Shown piece after piece: positions 11,661 through 25,859 of a stretch of DNA of 64,000 bases. Source of the DNA: Haliotis rufescens (taxonomy: Eukaryota); assembly GCF_023055435.1 (NCBI RefSeq), contig NW_025964112.1, forward strand, positions 3,038,001 through 3,102,000. The letters are read 5' to 3'. Every line of letters starts with the position of its first letter. Positions within the stretch are counted from its first letter, which is position 1. The position numbers were made by a program, and so were the translations under genes. The notes beneath the pieces were generated by a model. The model searched no databases. It was not told the DNA's origin and saw only the letters and a program-made list of their open reading frames with translations.

Positions 11661-13066
11661 ATTTAAAAAGTTTGCCCTCTCGGGAGAAAATTCGATACAG
11701 TTTGAGTTACTGTGCTACATGGGGTTAAAGGCGCCACGTATTTGCAGGTTGTATTGAATGTGAATGTGGCGCTGTGTGTTGAGGGGGGAGGGGGGTGCAG
11801 CCCTGTCTCGCTAGTCGCTCACAAACAATATACCGACATTTGATAAACAACAACACCGCACGATAAACGACAAGCGCTTTAAATACGTATCAAAGGAAAT
11901 GTATCCAGGAAAACAAAACTTTCCCATCTAAGCGTCTGCCAGTGCTGGGCACCAGATTTTGGACAGATCTCGGAGCTTTAAATCCATGAGGACGAACGTA
12001 ATTGAGCTTGAGCACGCCTAGTCGGGGCTGTTGAAATTTGGATCTGAATTCTGATAGGCTTGTGATATCAACGCAGTCTATAAAAGAGTTTCATACTTGC
12101 AGGATTCACTGTTATCCAAATATTGAAAACGTTGATATTTGTTCACCGATACTTAAGAAGGTGCGGGAATATAGCGTATACAGTTGTATTGTGTACTACA
12201 TGTTGTAGCGGCATATTAGTAGGAGCATACAGTCGGGTATGACGAATTCTTATGGAGGTGAATTCTCATCCGGTCGCAGTGACAGTTATAACCATGATTG
12301 AGGAATTTCAATACAATGAAACCTTCTGGGCGATTTCTGCTGGGAGCGATGACATGTATACACAGTGGAACTGTATAGCCATCTGCTNNNNNNNNNNNNN
12401 NNNNNNNNNNNNNNNNNNNNNNNNNNNNNNNNNNNNNNNNNNNNNNNNNNNNNNNNNNNNNNNNNNNNNNNNNNNNNNNNNNNNNNNNNNNNNNNNNNNN
12501 NNNNNNNNNNNNNNNNNNNNNNNNNNNNNTTATTAGTTTAAATCATAATTTCTAGATTACGAAAATAATAAGAACAATTTGTCCCTGTAGGTGACTGGAG
12601 TCCTTACATATCTTGACTTGTCTGTTAGGGGGATAGAATTACTACACATCCATGGGCTTGTCTTTCAGTACAGCCTTGGAGTAAGGCCATGTTCAAATGT
12701 GACGTAGACGACTGGATAGGTTAGAGCGTCCTGCCCCGCATCGGGAAACATTATACACTTCAACCATAACTGGAATAAACATTGACTGAATGAATGTTCA
12801 GGAATCTGATTAAAGTAACGCTCACCTGAGAACTGTGTGTGACGTATGCATGTATCAAGCTGCCGTGGAACACAGTCGGTAACGGTTTGAGAGTAGAATG
12901 CCAACTTGTACATACCTGCTATTGAATTTCCACCCTAACTAGTATATACCCACGGTCCCCCAACACACACCACCATATAAACTATAAAGTCCCACCTTAC
13001 CCCACAAATTTATTCCTCACCTAACTCCCTCGTCCACCATTCAATACCCCTCCTCACTCAATCGAT

Positions 13067-16000
13067 CTAGTACCTTCCAACCTCACTCCACCCATCTAGT
13101 ACCCTCCTCACCTCACTCCACCCATCTAGTGCCCTCTCCACCTCACTCCACCCATCTAGTACCCTCCTCACCTCACTCCACCCATCTAGTACCCTCCTCA
13201 CCTCACTCCAGCCATCTAGTGCCCTCGTCACCTCACTCCACCCATCTAGTACCCTCCTCACCTCACTCCACCCACCTAGTGCCCTCCTCACCTCACTCCA
13301 CCCATCTAGTGCCCTCCTCACCTCACTCCACACACCTAGTACCCTCCTCATCTCACTCCACCCATCTAGTGCCCTCCTCACCTCACTCCACCCATCTAGT
13401 GCCCTCCTCACCTCACTCCACACACCTAGTACCCTCCTCACCTCACTCCACCCATCTAGTGCCCTCCTCACCTCACTCCACCCATCTAGTACCCTCCTCA
13501 TCTCACTCCACCCACCTAGTGCCCTCCTCACCTCACTCCACCCATCTAGTACCCTCCTCACCTCACTCCACCCATCTAGTACCCTCCTCATCTCACTCCA
13601 CCCACCTAGTGCCCTCCTCACCTCACTCCACCCATCTAGTGCCCTCCTCACCTCACTCCACACACCTAGTACCCTCCTCACCTCACTCCACCCATCTAGT
13701 GCCCTCCTCACCTCACTCCACCCATCTAGTGCCCTCCTCACCTCACTCCACCCATCTTGTACCCTCCCCATCTCACTCCACCCACCTAGTGCCCTCTCCA
13801 CCTCACTCCACCCATCTAGTGCCCTACTCACCTCACTTCACCCATCTAGTGCCCTCCTCACCTCACTCCACCCACCTAGTACTCTCCCCACCTCACTCCA
13901 CCCACCTAGTGCCCTCTCCACCTCACTCCACCCATCTAGTGCCCTCATCACCTCACTCCACACACCTAGTACCCTCCTCATCTCACTCCACCCACCTAGT
14001 ACCCTCCTCACCTCACTTCACCCACCTAGTGCCCTCCTCACCTCACTCCACCCACCTAGTGCCCTCTCCACCTCACTCCACCCATCTAGTGCCCTCATCA
14101 CCTCACTCCACACACCTAGTACCCTCCTCATCTCACTCCACCCACCTAGTACCCTCCTCACCTCACTTCACCCACCTAGTGCCCTCCTCACCTCACTTCA
14201 CCCACCTAGTGCCCTCCTCATCTCACTCCACCCACCTAGTGCCCTCCTCACCTCACTCCACCCATCTAGTACCCTCCTCACCTCACTTCACCCACCTAGT
14301 GCCCTCCTCACCTCACTTCACCCACCTAGTGCCCTCCTCACCTCACTCCACCCACCTAGTGCCCTCCTCACCTCACTTCACCCACCTAGTGCCCTCCTCA
14401 TCTCACTCCACCCACCTAGTACCCTCCTCACCTCACTCCACCCATCTAGTACCCTCCTCACCTCACTTCACCCACCTAGTACCCTCCTCATCTCACTCCA
14501 CCCACCTAGTGCCCTCCTCACCTCACTCCACCCATCTAGTACCCTCCTCACCTCACTCCACCCACCTAGTACCCTCCTCATCTCACTCCACCCACCTAGT
14601 ACCCTCCTCACCTCACTTCACCCACCTAGTGCCCTCCTCACCTCACTTCACCCACCTAGTGCCCTCCTCACCTCACTCCACCCACCTAGTGCCCTCCTCA
14701 CCTCACTTCACCCACCTAGTGCCCTCCTCATCTCACTCCACCCACCTAGTGCCCTCCTCACCTCACTCCACCCATCTAGTACCCTCCCCACCTCACTCCA
14801 CCCACCTAGTACCCTCCTGATCTCACTCCACCCACCTAGTACCCTCCTCATCTCACTCCACCCATCTAGTACCCTACTCACCTCACTCCACCCATCTAGT
14901 ACCCTCCTCACCTCACTCCAGCCATCTAGTGCCCTCGTCACCTCACTCCACCCATCTAGTACCCTCCTCACCTCACTCCACCCACCTAGTGCCCTCCTCA
15001 CCTCACTCCACCCATCTAGTGCCCTCCTCACCTCACTCCACCCATCTTGTACCCTCCCCATCTCACTCCACCCACCTAGTGCCCTCTCCACCTCACTCCA
15101 CCCATCTAGTGCCCTACTCACCTCACTTCACCCATCTAGTGCCCTCCTCACCTCACTCCACCCACCTAGTACTCTCCCCACCTCACTCCACCCACCTAGT
15201 GCCCTCTCCACCTCACTCCACCCATCTAGTGCCCTCATCACCTCACTCCACACACCTAGTACCCTCCTCATCTCACTCCACCCACCTAGTACCCTCCTCA
15301 CCTCACTTCACCCACCTAGTGCCCTCCTCACCTCACTCCACCCACCTAGTGCCCTCTCCACCTCACTCCACCCATCTAGTGCCCTCATCACCTCACTCCA
15401 CACACCTAGTACCCTCCTCATCTCACTCCACCCACCTAGTACCCTCCTCACCTCACTTCACCCACCTAGTGCCCTCCTCACCTCACTTCACCCACCTAGT
15501 GCCCTCCTCATCTCACTCCACCCACCTAGTGCCCTCCTCACCTCACTCCACCCATCTAGTACCCTCCTCACCTCACTTCACCCACCTAGTGCCCTCCTCA
15601 CCTCACTTCACCCACCTAGTGCCCTCCTCACCTCACTCCACCCACCTAGTGCCCTCCTCACCTCACTTCACCCACCTAGTGCCCTCCTCATCTCACTCCA
15701 CCCACCTAGTACCCTCCTCACCTCACTCCACCCATCTAGTACCCTCCTCACCTCACTTCACCCACCTAGTACCCTCCTCATCTCACTCCACCCACCTAGT
15801 GCCCTCCTCACCTCACTCCACCCATCTAGTACCCTCCTCACCTCACTCCACCCACCTAGTACCCTCCTCATCTCACTCCACCCATCTAGTACCCTCCTCA
15901 CCTCACTTCACCCACCTAGTGCCCTCCTCACCTCACTTCACCCACCTAGTGCCCTCCTCACCTCACTCCACCCACCTAGTGCCCTCCTCACCTCACTTCA

Positions 16001-17950
16001 CCCACCTAGTGCCCTCCTCATCTCACTCCACCCACCTAGTACCCTCCTCACCTCACTCCACCCATCTAGTACCCTCCTCACCTCACTTCACCCACCTAGT
16101 ACCCTCCTCATCTCACTCCACCCACCTAGTACCCTCCTCACCTCACTTCACCCACCTAGTGCCCTCCTCACCTCACTTCACCCACCTAGTGCCCTCCTCA
16201 CCTCACTCCACCCACCTAGTGCCCTCCTCACCTCACTTCACCCACCTAGTGCCCTCCTCATCTCACTCCACCCACCTAGTGCCCTCCTCACCTCACTCCA
16301 CCCATCTAGTACCCTCCCCACCTCACTCCACCCACCTAGTACCCTCCTCATCTCACTCCACCCACCTAGTACCCTCCTCATCTCACTCCACCCATCTAGT
16401 ACCCTACTCACCTCACTCCACCCATCTAGTGCCCTCCTCACCTCACTCCACCCATCTAGTACCCTCCCCACCTCACTCCACCCATCTAGTACCCTCCCCA
16501 CCTCACTCCACCCATCTAGTACCCTCCCCACCTCACTCCACCCATCTAGTACCCTCCCCACCTCACTCCACCCACCTAGTACCCTCCTCATCTCACTCCA
16601 CCCACCTAGTACCCTCCTCATCTCACTCCACCCATCTAGTACCCTACTCACCTCACTCCACCCATCTAGTGCCCTCCTCACCTCACTCCACCCATCTAGT
16701 GCCCTCCTCACCTCACTCCACCCATCTAGTACCCTCCCCATCTCACTCCACCCATCTAGTACCCTCCCCACCTCACTCCACCCACCTAGTACCCTCCTCA
16801 CCTCACTCCACCCACCTAGTGCCCTCCTCATCTCACTCCACCCATCTAGTGCCCTCCTCACCTCACCCCACCCATCTAGTACCCTCCTCACCTCACTCCA
16901 CCCAATTAGTGCCCTCCTCACCTCACTCCACCCATCTAGTACCCTCCTCACCTCACTCCACCCATCTAGTACCCTCCTCACCTCACTCCACCCACCTAGT
17001 GCCCTCCTCACCTCACTCCACCCACCTAGTGCCCTCCTCACCTCACTCCACCCATCTAGTGCCCTCCTCACCTCACTCCACCCATCTAGTGCCCTCCTCA
17101 CCTCACTCCACCCATCTAGTACCCTCCTCACCTCACTCCACCCATCTAGTACCCTCCTCACCTCACTCCACCCATCTAGTGCCCTCCTCACCTCACTCCA
17201 CCCATCTAGTGCCCTCCTCACCTCACTCCACCCATCTAGTGCCCTCCTCACCTCACTCCACCCATCTAGTGCCCTCCTCACCTCACTCCACCCATCTAGT
17301 ACCCTCCTCACCTCACTCCACCCATCTAGTGCCCTCCTCACCTCACTCCACCCATCTAGTACCCTCCTCACCTCACTCCACCCATCTAGTGCCCTCCTCA
17401 CCTCACTCCACCCATCTAGTGCCCTCCTCACCTCACTCCACCCATCTAGTGCCCTCCTCACCTCACTCCACCCATCTAGTGCCCTCCTCACCTCACTCCA
17501 CCCATCTAGTGCCCTCCTCATCTCACTCCACCCATCTAGTGCCCTCCTCACCTCACCCCACCCATCTAGTACCCTCCTCACCTCACTCCACCCATCTAGT
17601 GCCCTCCTCACCTCACTCCACCCATCTAGTACCCTCCTCACCTCACTCCACCCATCTAGTGCCCTCCTCACCTCACTCCACCCATCTAGTGCCCTCCTCA
17701 CCTCACTCCACCCATCTAGTGCCCTCCTCACCTCACTCCACCCATCTAGTGCCCTCCTCACCTCACTCCACCCATCTAGTACCCTCCTCACCTCACTCCA
17801 CCCATCTAGTACCCTCCTCACCTCACTCCACCCATCTAGTACCCTCCTCACCTCACCCCACCCATCTAGTACCCTACTCACCTCTCTCCACCCATCTAGT
17901 ACCCTACTCACCTCACTCCACCCATCTAGTACCCTACTCAACTCACTCCC
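13067..17950. repeat. 30-bp C-rich minisatellite (~160 units)
   Basis: Unit CCTCACTCCACCCA(T/C)CTAGT(A/G)CCCTCCTCA in strict register. Confidence 0.98.
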
Positions 17951-18375
17951 TTGACGCCCATCCCAACAAAGTCAACCTCACGCCAATTATCCAAGACACA
18001 ACGTGTATTATACCGCTCTCCCAACCGTTCCAAGTTGTGCATTGATAAATATTGTTAATAAAATCAGAAGTATTCAGGTGTTTAGAAAATCCCGAAAATC
18101 CTCATGTTTAGTTATTCCTATAGAAGGGTTTCTTTAAGAACACTACACAACGAAAGTGAGAAATAGCAGTACTTGTATCGAAAAGTCTAACAGTCAACGC
18201 TTAGCACTTCCAAAAAGGCTTTCAGGAAAGTATGAAATGAAAAGACTATCTCCACAGATCGCGTGACCTGAAAAAGGCACGTTATATCCAATGTAACTAG
18301 GACAAACAGTGACCGTTACTGGTACAAGCAGACTGAATGTCAGCGGAATATTTAAACACGGACAGAATGCATTGG

Positions 18376-21300
18376 TTGGCTGCATGTCAGTAGGTTTACT
18401 CAACATGGGTAGGCTGCATGTCAGTAGGTTTACTCAACACGGGTAGGCTGCATGTCAGTAGGTTTACTGAACATGGGTAGGCTGCATGTCAGTAGGTTTA
18501 CTCAACATGGGTAGGCTGCATGTCAGTAGGTTTACTCAACATGGGTAGGCTGCATGTCAGTAGGTTTACTCAACTTGGGTAGGCTGCATGTCAGTAGGTT
18601 TACTAAACATGGGTAGGCTGCATGTCAGTAGGTTTACTCAACATGGGTTGCTACATGTCAGTAGGTCTACTAAACATGGGTTGTTACAAGTCAGTAGGTT
18701 TACTCAACTTGGGTAGGCTGCATGTCAGTAGGTCTACTAAACATGGGTTGCTACATGTCAGTAGGTCTACTAAACATGGGTTGTTACAAGTCAGTAGGTT
18801 TACTCAACACGGGTAGGCTGCATGTCAGTAGGTCTACTAAACATGGGTAGGCTGCATGTCAGTAGGTGTACTAAACATGGGTAGGCTGCATGTCAGTAGG
18901 TCTACTAAACATGGGTAGGCTGCATGTCAGTAGGTTTACTCAACATGGGTAGGCTACATGTCAGTAGGTCTACTAAACATGGGTAGGCTACATGTCAGTA
19001 GGTCTACTAAACATGGGTAGGCTGCATGTCAGTAGGTATACTAAACATGGGTAGGCTACATGTCAGTAGGTCTACTAAACATGGGTAGGCTACATGTCAG
19101 TAGGTCTACTAAACATGGGTAGGCTGCATGTCAGTAGGTCTACTAAACATGGGTAGGCTACATGTCAGTAGGTCTACTAAACATGGGTATGCTGCATGTC
19201 AGTAGGTTTACTCAACATGGGTAGGCAGCATGTCAGTAGGTCTACTAAACATGGGTAGGTGGCATGTCAGTAGGTTTACTCAACATGGGTAGGTGGCATG
19301 TCAGTAGGTTTACTCAACATGGGTAGGCTGCATGTCAGTAGGTCTACTAAACATGGGTAGGCTACATGTCAGTAGGTCTACTAAACATGGGTAGGCTACA
19401 TGTCAGTAGGTCTACTAAACATGGGTAGGCTGCATGTCAGTAGGTCTACTAAACATGGGTAGGTGGCATGTCAGTAGGTTTACTCAACATGGGTAGGCAG
19501 CATGTCAGTAGGTCTACTAAACATGGGTAGGCTACATGTCAGTAGGTCTACTAAACATGGGTAGGCTGCATGTCAGTAGGTCTTCTAAACATGGGTTGTT
19601 ACATGTCAGTAGGTCTACTAAACATGGGTTGTTACATGTCAGTAGGTCTACTAAACATGGGTAGGTGGCATGTCAGTAGGTCTACTAAACATGGGTAGGT
19701 GGCATGTCAGTAGGTCTACTAAACATGGGTAGGTGGCATGTCAGTAGGTCTACTAAACATGGGTTGTTACATGTCAGTAGGTCTACTAAACATGGGTAGG
19801 TGGCATGTCAGTAGGTCTACTAAACATGGGTAGGTGGCATGTCAGTAGGTCTACTAAACATGGGTAGGCAGCATGTCAGTAGGTTTACTCAACATGGGTA
19901 GGTGGCATGTCAGTAGGTCTACTAAACATGGGTAGGTGGCATGTCAGTAGGTCTGCTAAACATGGGTAGGCTGCATGTCAGTAGGTATACTAAACATGGG
20001 TAGGCTACATGTCAGTAGGTTTACTGAACATGGGTAGGCTGCATGTCAGTAGGTGTACTAAACATGGGTAGGCTTCATGTCAGTAGGTCTACTAAACATG
20101 GGTTGTTACATGTCAGTAGGTCTACTAAACATGGGTAGGCTTCATGTCAGTAGGTCTACTAAACAGGGGTTGCTACATATCAGTAGGTTTACTCAACATG
20201 GGTAGGCTGCATGCCAGTAGGTCTACTAAACATGGGTTGCTGCATGTCAGTAGGTCTACTAAACATGGGTAGGCTACATGTCAGTAGGTCTACTAAACAT
20301 GGGTAGGCTGCATGTCAGTAGGTCTACTAAACATGGGTAGGTGGCATGTCAGTAGGTTTACTCAACATGGGTAGGCAGCATGTCAGTAGGTCTACTAAAC
20401 ATGGGTAGGCTACATGTCAGTAGGTCTACTAAACATGGGTAGGCTGCATGTCAGTAGGTCTTCTAAACATGGGTTGTTACATGTCAGTAGGTCTACTAAA
20501 CATGGGTTGTTACATGTCAGTAGGTCTACTAAACATGGGTAGGTGGCATGTCAGTAGGTCTACTAAACATGGGTAGGTGGCATGTCAGTAGGTCTACTAA
20601 ACATGGGTAGGTGGCATGTCAGTAGGTCTACTAAACATGGGTTGTTACATGTCAGTAGGTCTACTAAACATGGGTAGGTGGCATGTCAGTAGGTCTACTA
20701 AACATGGGTAGGTGGCATGTCAGTAGGTCTACTAAACATGGGTAGGCAGCATGTCAGTAGGTTTACTCAACATGGGTAGGTGGCATGTCAGTAGGTCTAC
20801 TAAACATGGGTAGGTGGCATGTCAGTAGGTCTACTAAACATGGGTAGGCTGCATGTCAGTAGGTATACTAAACATGGGTAGGCTACATGTCAGTAGGTTT
20901 ACTGAACATGGGTAGGCTGCATGTCAGTAGGTGTACTAAACATGGGTAGGCTTCATGTCAGTAGGTCTACTAAACATGGGTTGTTACATGTCAGTAGGTC
21001 TACTAAACATGGGTAGGCTTCATGTCAGTAGGTCTACTAAACAGGGGTTGCTACATATCAGTAGGTTTACTCAACATGGGTAGGCTGCATGCCAGTAGGT
21101 CTACTAAACATGGGTTGCTGCATGTCAGTAGGTCTACTAAACATGGGTAGGCTGCATGTCAGTAGGTCTACTAAACATGGGTAGGCAGCATGTCAGTAGG
21201 TCTACTAAACATGGGTAGGCTGCATGTCAGTAGGTTTACTCAACATGGGTAGGCTACATGTCAGTAGGTTTACTCAACATGGGTAGGCTGCATGTCAGTA

Positions 21301-23283
21301 GGTCTACTAAACATGGGTAGGCTACATGTCAGTAGGTCTACTAAACATGGGTAGGCTACATGTCAGTAGGTCTACTAAACATGGGTAGGCTGCATGTCAG
21401 TAGGTCTACTAAACATGGGTAGGTGGCATGTCAGTAGGTTTACTCAACATGGGTAGGCAGCATGTCAGTAGGTCTACTAAACATGGGTAGGCTACATGTC
21501 AGTAGGTCTACTAAACATGGGTAGGCTGCATGTCAGTAGGTCTTCTAAACATGGGTTGTTACATGTCAGTAGGTCTACTAAACATGGGTTGTTACATGTC
21601 AGTAGGTCTACTAAACATGGGTAGGTGGCATGTCAGTAGGTCTACTAAACATGGGTAGGTGGCATGTCAGTAGGTCTACTAAACATGGGTAGGTGGCATG
21701 TCAGTAGGTTTACTCAACATGGGTAGGCTGCATGTCAGTAGGTTTACTCAACTTGGGTAGGCTGCATGTCAGTAGGTCTACTAAACATGGGTTGTTTCAT
21801 GTCAGTAGGTCTACTAAACATGGGTTGCTACATGTCGGTAGGTCTACTAAACATGGGTTGTTACAAGTCAGTAGGTTTACTCAACTTGGGTAGGCTGCAT
21901 GTCAGTAGGTCTACTAAACATGGGTTGCTACATGTCAGTAGGTCTACTAAACATGGGTTGTTACAAGTCAGTAGGTTTACTCAACATGGGTAGGCTGCAT
22001 GTCAGTAGGTCTACTAAACATGGGTAGGCTGCATGTCAGTAGGTGTACTAAACATGGGTAGGCTGCATGTCAGTAGGTCTACTAAACATGGGTAGGCTGC
22101 ATGTCAGTAGGTCTACTAAACATGGGTAGGCTGCATGTCAGTAGGTCTACTAAACATGGGTTGCTACATGTCAGTAGGTCTACTAAACATTGGTTGCTAC
22201 ATGTCAGTAGGTTTACTCAACATGGGTAGGCTGCATGTCAGTATGTCTACTAAACATGGGTAGGCTACATGTCAGTAGGTCTACTAAACATGGGTAGGAT
22301 ACATGTCAGTAGGTCTACTAAACATGGGTAGGCTGCATGTCAGTAGGTCTACTAAACATGGGTAGGCTACATGTCAGTAGGTCTACTAAACATGGGTAGG
22401 CTGCATGTCAGTAGGTTTACTCAACATGGGTAGGCAGCATGTCAGTAGGTCTACTAAACATGGGTAGGTGGCATGTCAGTAGGTTTACTCAACATGGGTA
22501 GGCAGCATGTCAGTAGGTCTACTAAACATGGGTAGGCTGCATGTCAGTAGGTTTACTCAACATGGGTAGGTGGCATGTCAGTAGGTTTACTCAACATGGG
22601 TAGGCTGCATGTCAGTAGGTCTACTAAACATGGGTAGGCTACATGTCAGTAGGTCTACTAAACATGGGTAGGCTACATGTCAGTAGGTCTACTAAACATG
22701 GGTAGGCTGCATGTCAGTAGGTCTACTAAACATGGGTAGGTGGCATGTCAGTAGGTTTACTCAACATGGGTAGGCAGCATGTCAGTAGGTCTACTAAACA
22801 TGGGTAGGCTACATGTCAGTAGGTCTACTAAACATGGGTAGGCTGCATGTCAGTAGGTCTTCTAAACATGGGTAGGCTACATGTCAGTAGGTCTACTAAA
22901 CATGGGTTGTTACATGTCAGTAGGTCTACTAAACATGGGTAGGCTGCATGTCAGTAGATGTACTAAACATGGGTAGGCTGCATGTCAGTAGGTTTACCCA
23001 ACATGGGTAGGCAGCATGTCAGTAGGTCTACTAAACATGGGTAGGCTACATGTCAGTAGGTCTACTAAACATGGGTAGGCTGCATGTCAGTAGGTCTACT
23101 AAACATGGGTAGGTGGCATGTCAGTAGGTTTACTCAACATGGGTAGGCAGCATGTCAGTAGGTCTTCTAAACATGGGTTGTTACATGTCAGTAGGTTTAC
23201 TCAACATGGGTAGGCTGCATGTCAGTAGGTCTACTAAACATGGGTAGGCTGCATGTCAGTAGGTCTACTAAACAGGGGTAGGT
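18376..23283. repeat. 33/34-bp minisatellite (~145 units)
   Basis: Unit CATGTCAGTAGGTCTACTAAACATGGGTAGGCTG, with a 33-bp GGGTTGYTA variant. Confidence 0.98.
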
Positions 23284-23629
23284 ATTGCGTGTTTTGCAGA
23301 GATGGCTGAAAACACCGTTCAGTTTGCAACAAATATCATAGAACCCTCCCCCCCCCCAATCTGCCCCACTCCGCCCCTTATCCCACTTCCACCCACTCAG
23401 AATATTAAATGGTGGGCCTAAACATTGGCAGCATTAATGTAATCTAAACATGGACACACTACATTTTATCGAAAGCCGAGAAGGTTGTGTGTTATCTTAA
23501 GAAATGGTCGGTTGGATAGGGTACGTCTAATCACAGGTGGACTTCGGTCAGCAGCAGGACACGGGATGGTGGCCGAGTTGTCGTCAGATGCTTCTCTTCG
23601 ATACAGACACAACAGCAGGCGTGCGTGGG

Positions 23630-24169
23630 AGGGGCGTGTGTGTGAGGTGGGCGTAGTGAGGTGGGCGTGGCGAGATGGGCGTGGTGGGGTGGGCGTGGCG
23701 AGGTTTGAGATATCTAGTCAGAGGTGGTTGAAGGAATCAGGCGTCAGGTAATGCATATCATAAACACATATTGTCCTACAGCCAGGTATAGTGACGTCAC
23801 GACACATCGTGCTATATGTAGTATGAAGGTAAACGGCCTGCTTCTGACTGATTTTTCAATTTGCACGCAATGATGAAACTATATCCCTACTTGGACAGAA
23901 GATAGCTCTTACACAAACACAAACCAGCAGAGCATTACAGCACAGATTGCATGACACCACGATTACATCGCATGAGTACTGGTTAAAATCTCTGAAAGGG
24001 TCGGATGGAAAGGGTTAAGCCACAGTGTAGTTAAATGCCATTGCGCAAGGACAAATAGTTCCTATTTTAACTGTTTGCATTAACTTACACGTATATAAAA
24101 GTTCGACCTGTCAATCACGCCTGTTCAAACAGTGTAATCAACACATCTCCTGTTAGTGGTGCGGTGAGT
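23630..24169 (+). promoter_or_regulatory. Candidate Pol II promoter with short non-coding first exon
   Basis: GGGCGT(GG) GC-box repeats 23631-23700, GTGACGTCAC 23791-23800, TGATGAAAC 23871-23879, TTGCGCAA 24041-24048, TATATAAAAG 24092-24101, donor GCG|GTGAGT at 24163/24164. Confidence 0.55.
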
Positions 24170-24504
24170 AAGTCGGCTCGCGGGGTGTGTCCCTCCGCGA
24201 CCTGAGTATGGGTGGAGCTGCGTGTCCTACTTTCAGCCCACAGCTGGGTAAACACACGCAATTATTTTTGTCACTTTGAACATGGAGATGATGTTTTGCC
24301 ATTAAAATCACGCGATTCGACAAGAAGGTTGCAGTGTATGCGTATTTGTGTGACTGATGGGAAGACGGAGGGTTGTTTCCCGTCTCGTGATCCTGCACCT
24401 GCCGATGAACACTTATGCTCGCGTAACGCACAGCCAAATGTTACACAGGGAACACAACAAGCTGGTACACGTATATGTATATAACAGACAGAAAGATACA
24501 AATC

Positions 24505-25470
24505 CACAATCGGTAACGTTTTACAAAAAGAAAAATGTCCTCGCACCTCTGGGTAGTCTTGTAGCTTAAACAGTTTCGGAAACTACAACGTATAACTTAA
24601 GGGATAAAGCCAGTTTTCAAACAGTGAAGCGTATTACTAAAGCCGATGCAGGTCATGTACATCAGCTACAACAAACCTTTGGAATATGCTTCCAGAAATC
24701 CTAACGGGGGCTGAGACAGAGACACAATTTAGGAACCTGCTAAAGAAAGGAAGGATAATGGAATATGCGGGGATTCAAATTATGGACACAACAGTTTCGG
24801 AAAGCACAACGTATTACTTAAGAAATAAAGCCAGTTTTCAAACAGTGAAGCGTATTACTAAAGCCGATGCAGGTCATGTACATCAGCTACAACAAACCTT
24901 TGGAATATGCTTCCAGAAATCCTAACGGGGGCTGAGACAGAGACACAATTTAGGAACCTGCTAAAGAAAGGAAGGATAATGGAATATGCGGGGATTCAAA
25001 TTATGGACACAACAGTTTCGGAAAGCACAACGTATTACTTAAGAAATAAAGCCAGTTTTCAAACAGTGAAGCGTATTACTAAAGCCGATGCAGGTCATGT
25101 ACATCAGCTACAACAAACCTTTGGAATATGCTTCCAGAAATCCTAACGGGGGCTGAGACAGAGACACAATTTAGGAACCTGCTAAAGAAAGGAAGGATAA
25201 TGGAATATGCGGGGATTCAAATTATGGACACAGGTTATGTCTACTCAGTGGTCGCGGATCTTACCGCGGATCAGTACAATAGACGTGTTTTGGACATAAC
25301 ATCTTGCGCCTGTGGATAGATACCATACCATGCTTTAATTCCCTTTTTATTTGTACAAAAAACCCGACATCTTCGAAATGGCGATGCTTAATCTGTAACC
25401 ACAATGCTATACGGTAATCGATATTAGATTCTATTCAAAACTTTACATTAAAAACTGGCAGTTTTTTAAT
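24505..25470 (+). mobile_element. 3' end of a CR1/L2-group LINE ORF2 (degenerate)
   Basis: TFYKKKNVLAP...TTYNLRD...TTNLWNMLPE...QFRNLL...DLTADQYNR..SCACG...LYGN, typical of the C-terminal tail of these LINEs; frameshifted. Confidence 0.75.
24570..25232 (+). repeat. Near-perfect 221-bp tandem triplication inside the LINE fragment
   Basis: ORFs with identical starts at 24686, 24907 and 25128 (spacing 221). Confidence 0.95.
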
Positions 25471-25513
25471 GAAGTAAATGAGTTGATGAATACAAACCGC
25501 TTTTATATTTCTA

Positions 25514-25686
25514 GGGGCGGTCGGGTAGCCTAGTGGTTAAAGCGTTCGCTCGTCACGCCGAAGACCCGGGTTCGATTCCCGACATGGGTACAATGTGTGG
25601 AGCCCATTTATGGTGTCCCCCGCTGTGATATTGCTGGAATATTACTAAACGCGGCGTAAAACCATACTCACTCACTCACTCACTCA
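25514..25686 (+). mobile_element. tRNA-derived SINE family A
   Basis: A box TAGCCTAGTGG, B box GGTTCGATTCC, (CACT)n tail, TTATATTT on both flanks (probable TSD). Confidence 0.92.
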
Positions 25687-25859
25687 TTATATTTATCCTC
25701 TTCTAGCTTGGCATGTATGACTCAGTGGTTACATCCGCCCTCCACTGATGTAGTAACTGTATCATGCATCAGGTGTCAGGAGCGATGTTAACATAAACAA
25801 TTTGTGTACCAATCCATTTTCATATTTCAGTGAAAATAAATATGTTCCCAAGATATGTA

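Noticed and set aside
12820-12940. Minus-strand splice-like sites (CAG|GTGAGC, CAG|GTATGT)
   Set aside because: Conflicting exon interpretations and no phase-consistent partner; expected by chance
24686-25319. Three tandem 79/63-aa genes
   Set aside because: Frameshifted LINE tail triplicated; the ORFs are chimeras across repeat junctions
25514-25590. Functional tRNA gene (also 56942 and 31352)
   Set aside because: Continues into a SINE body and tail, is flanked by TSDs, and has no proper acceptor stem
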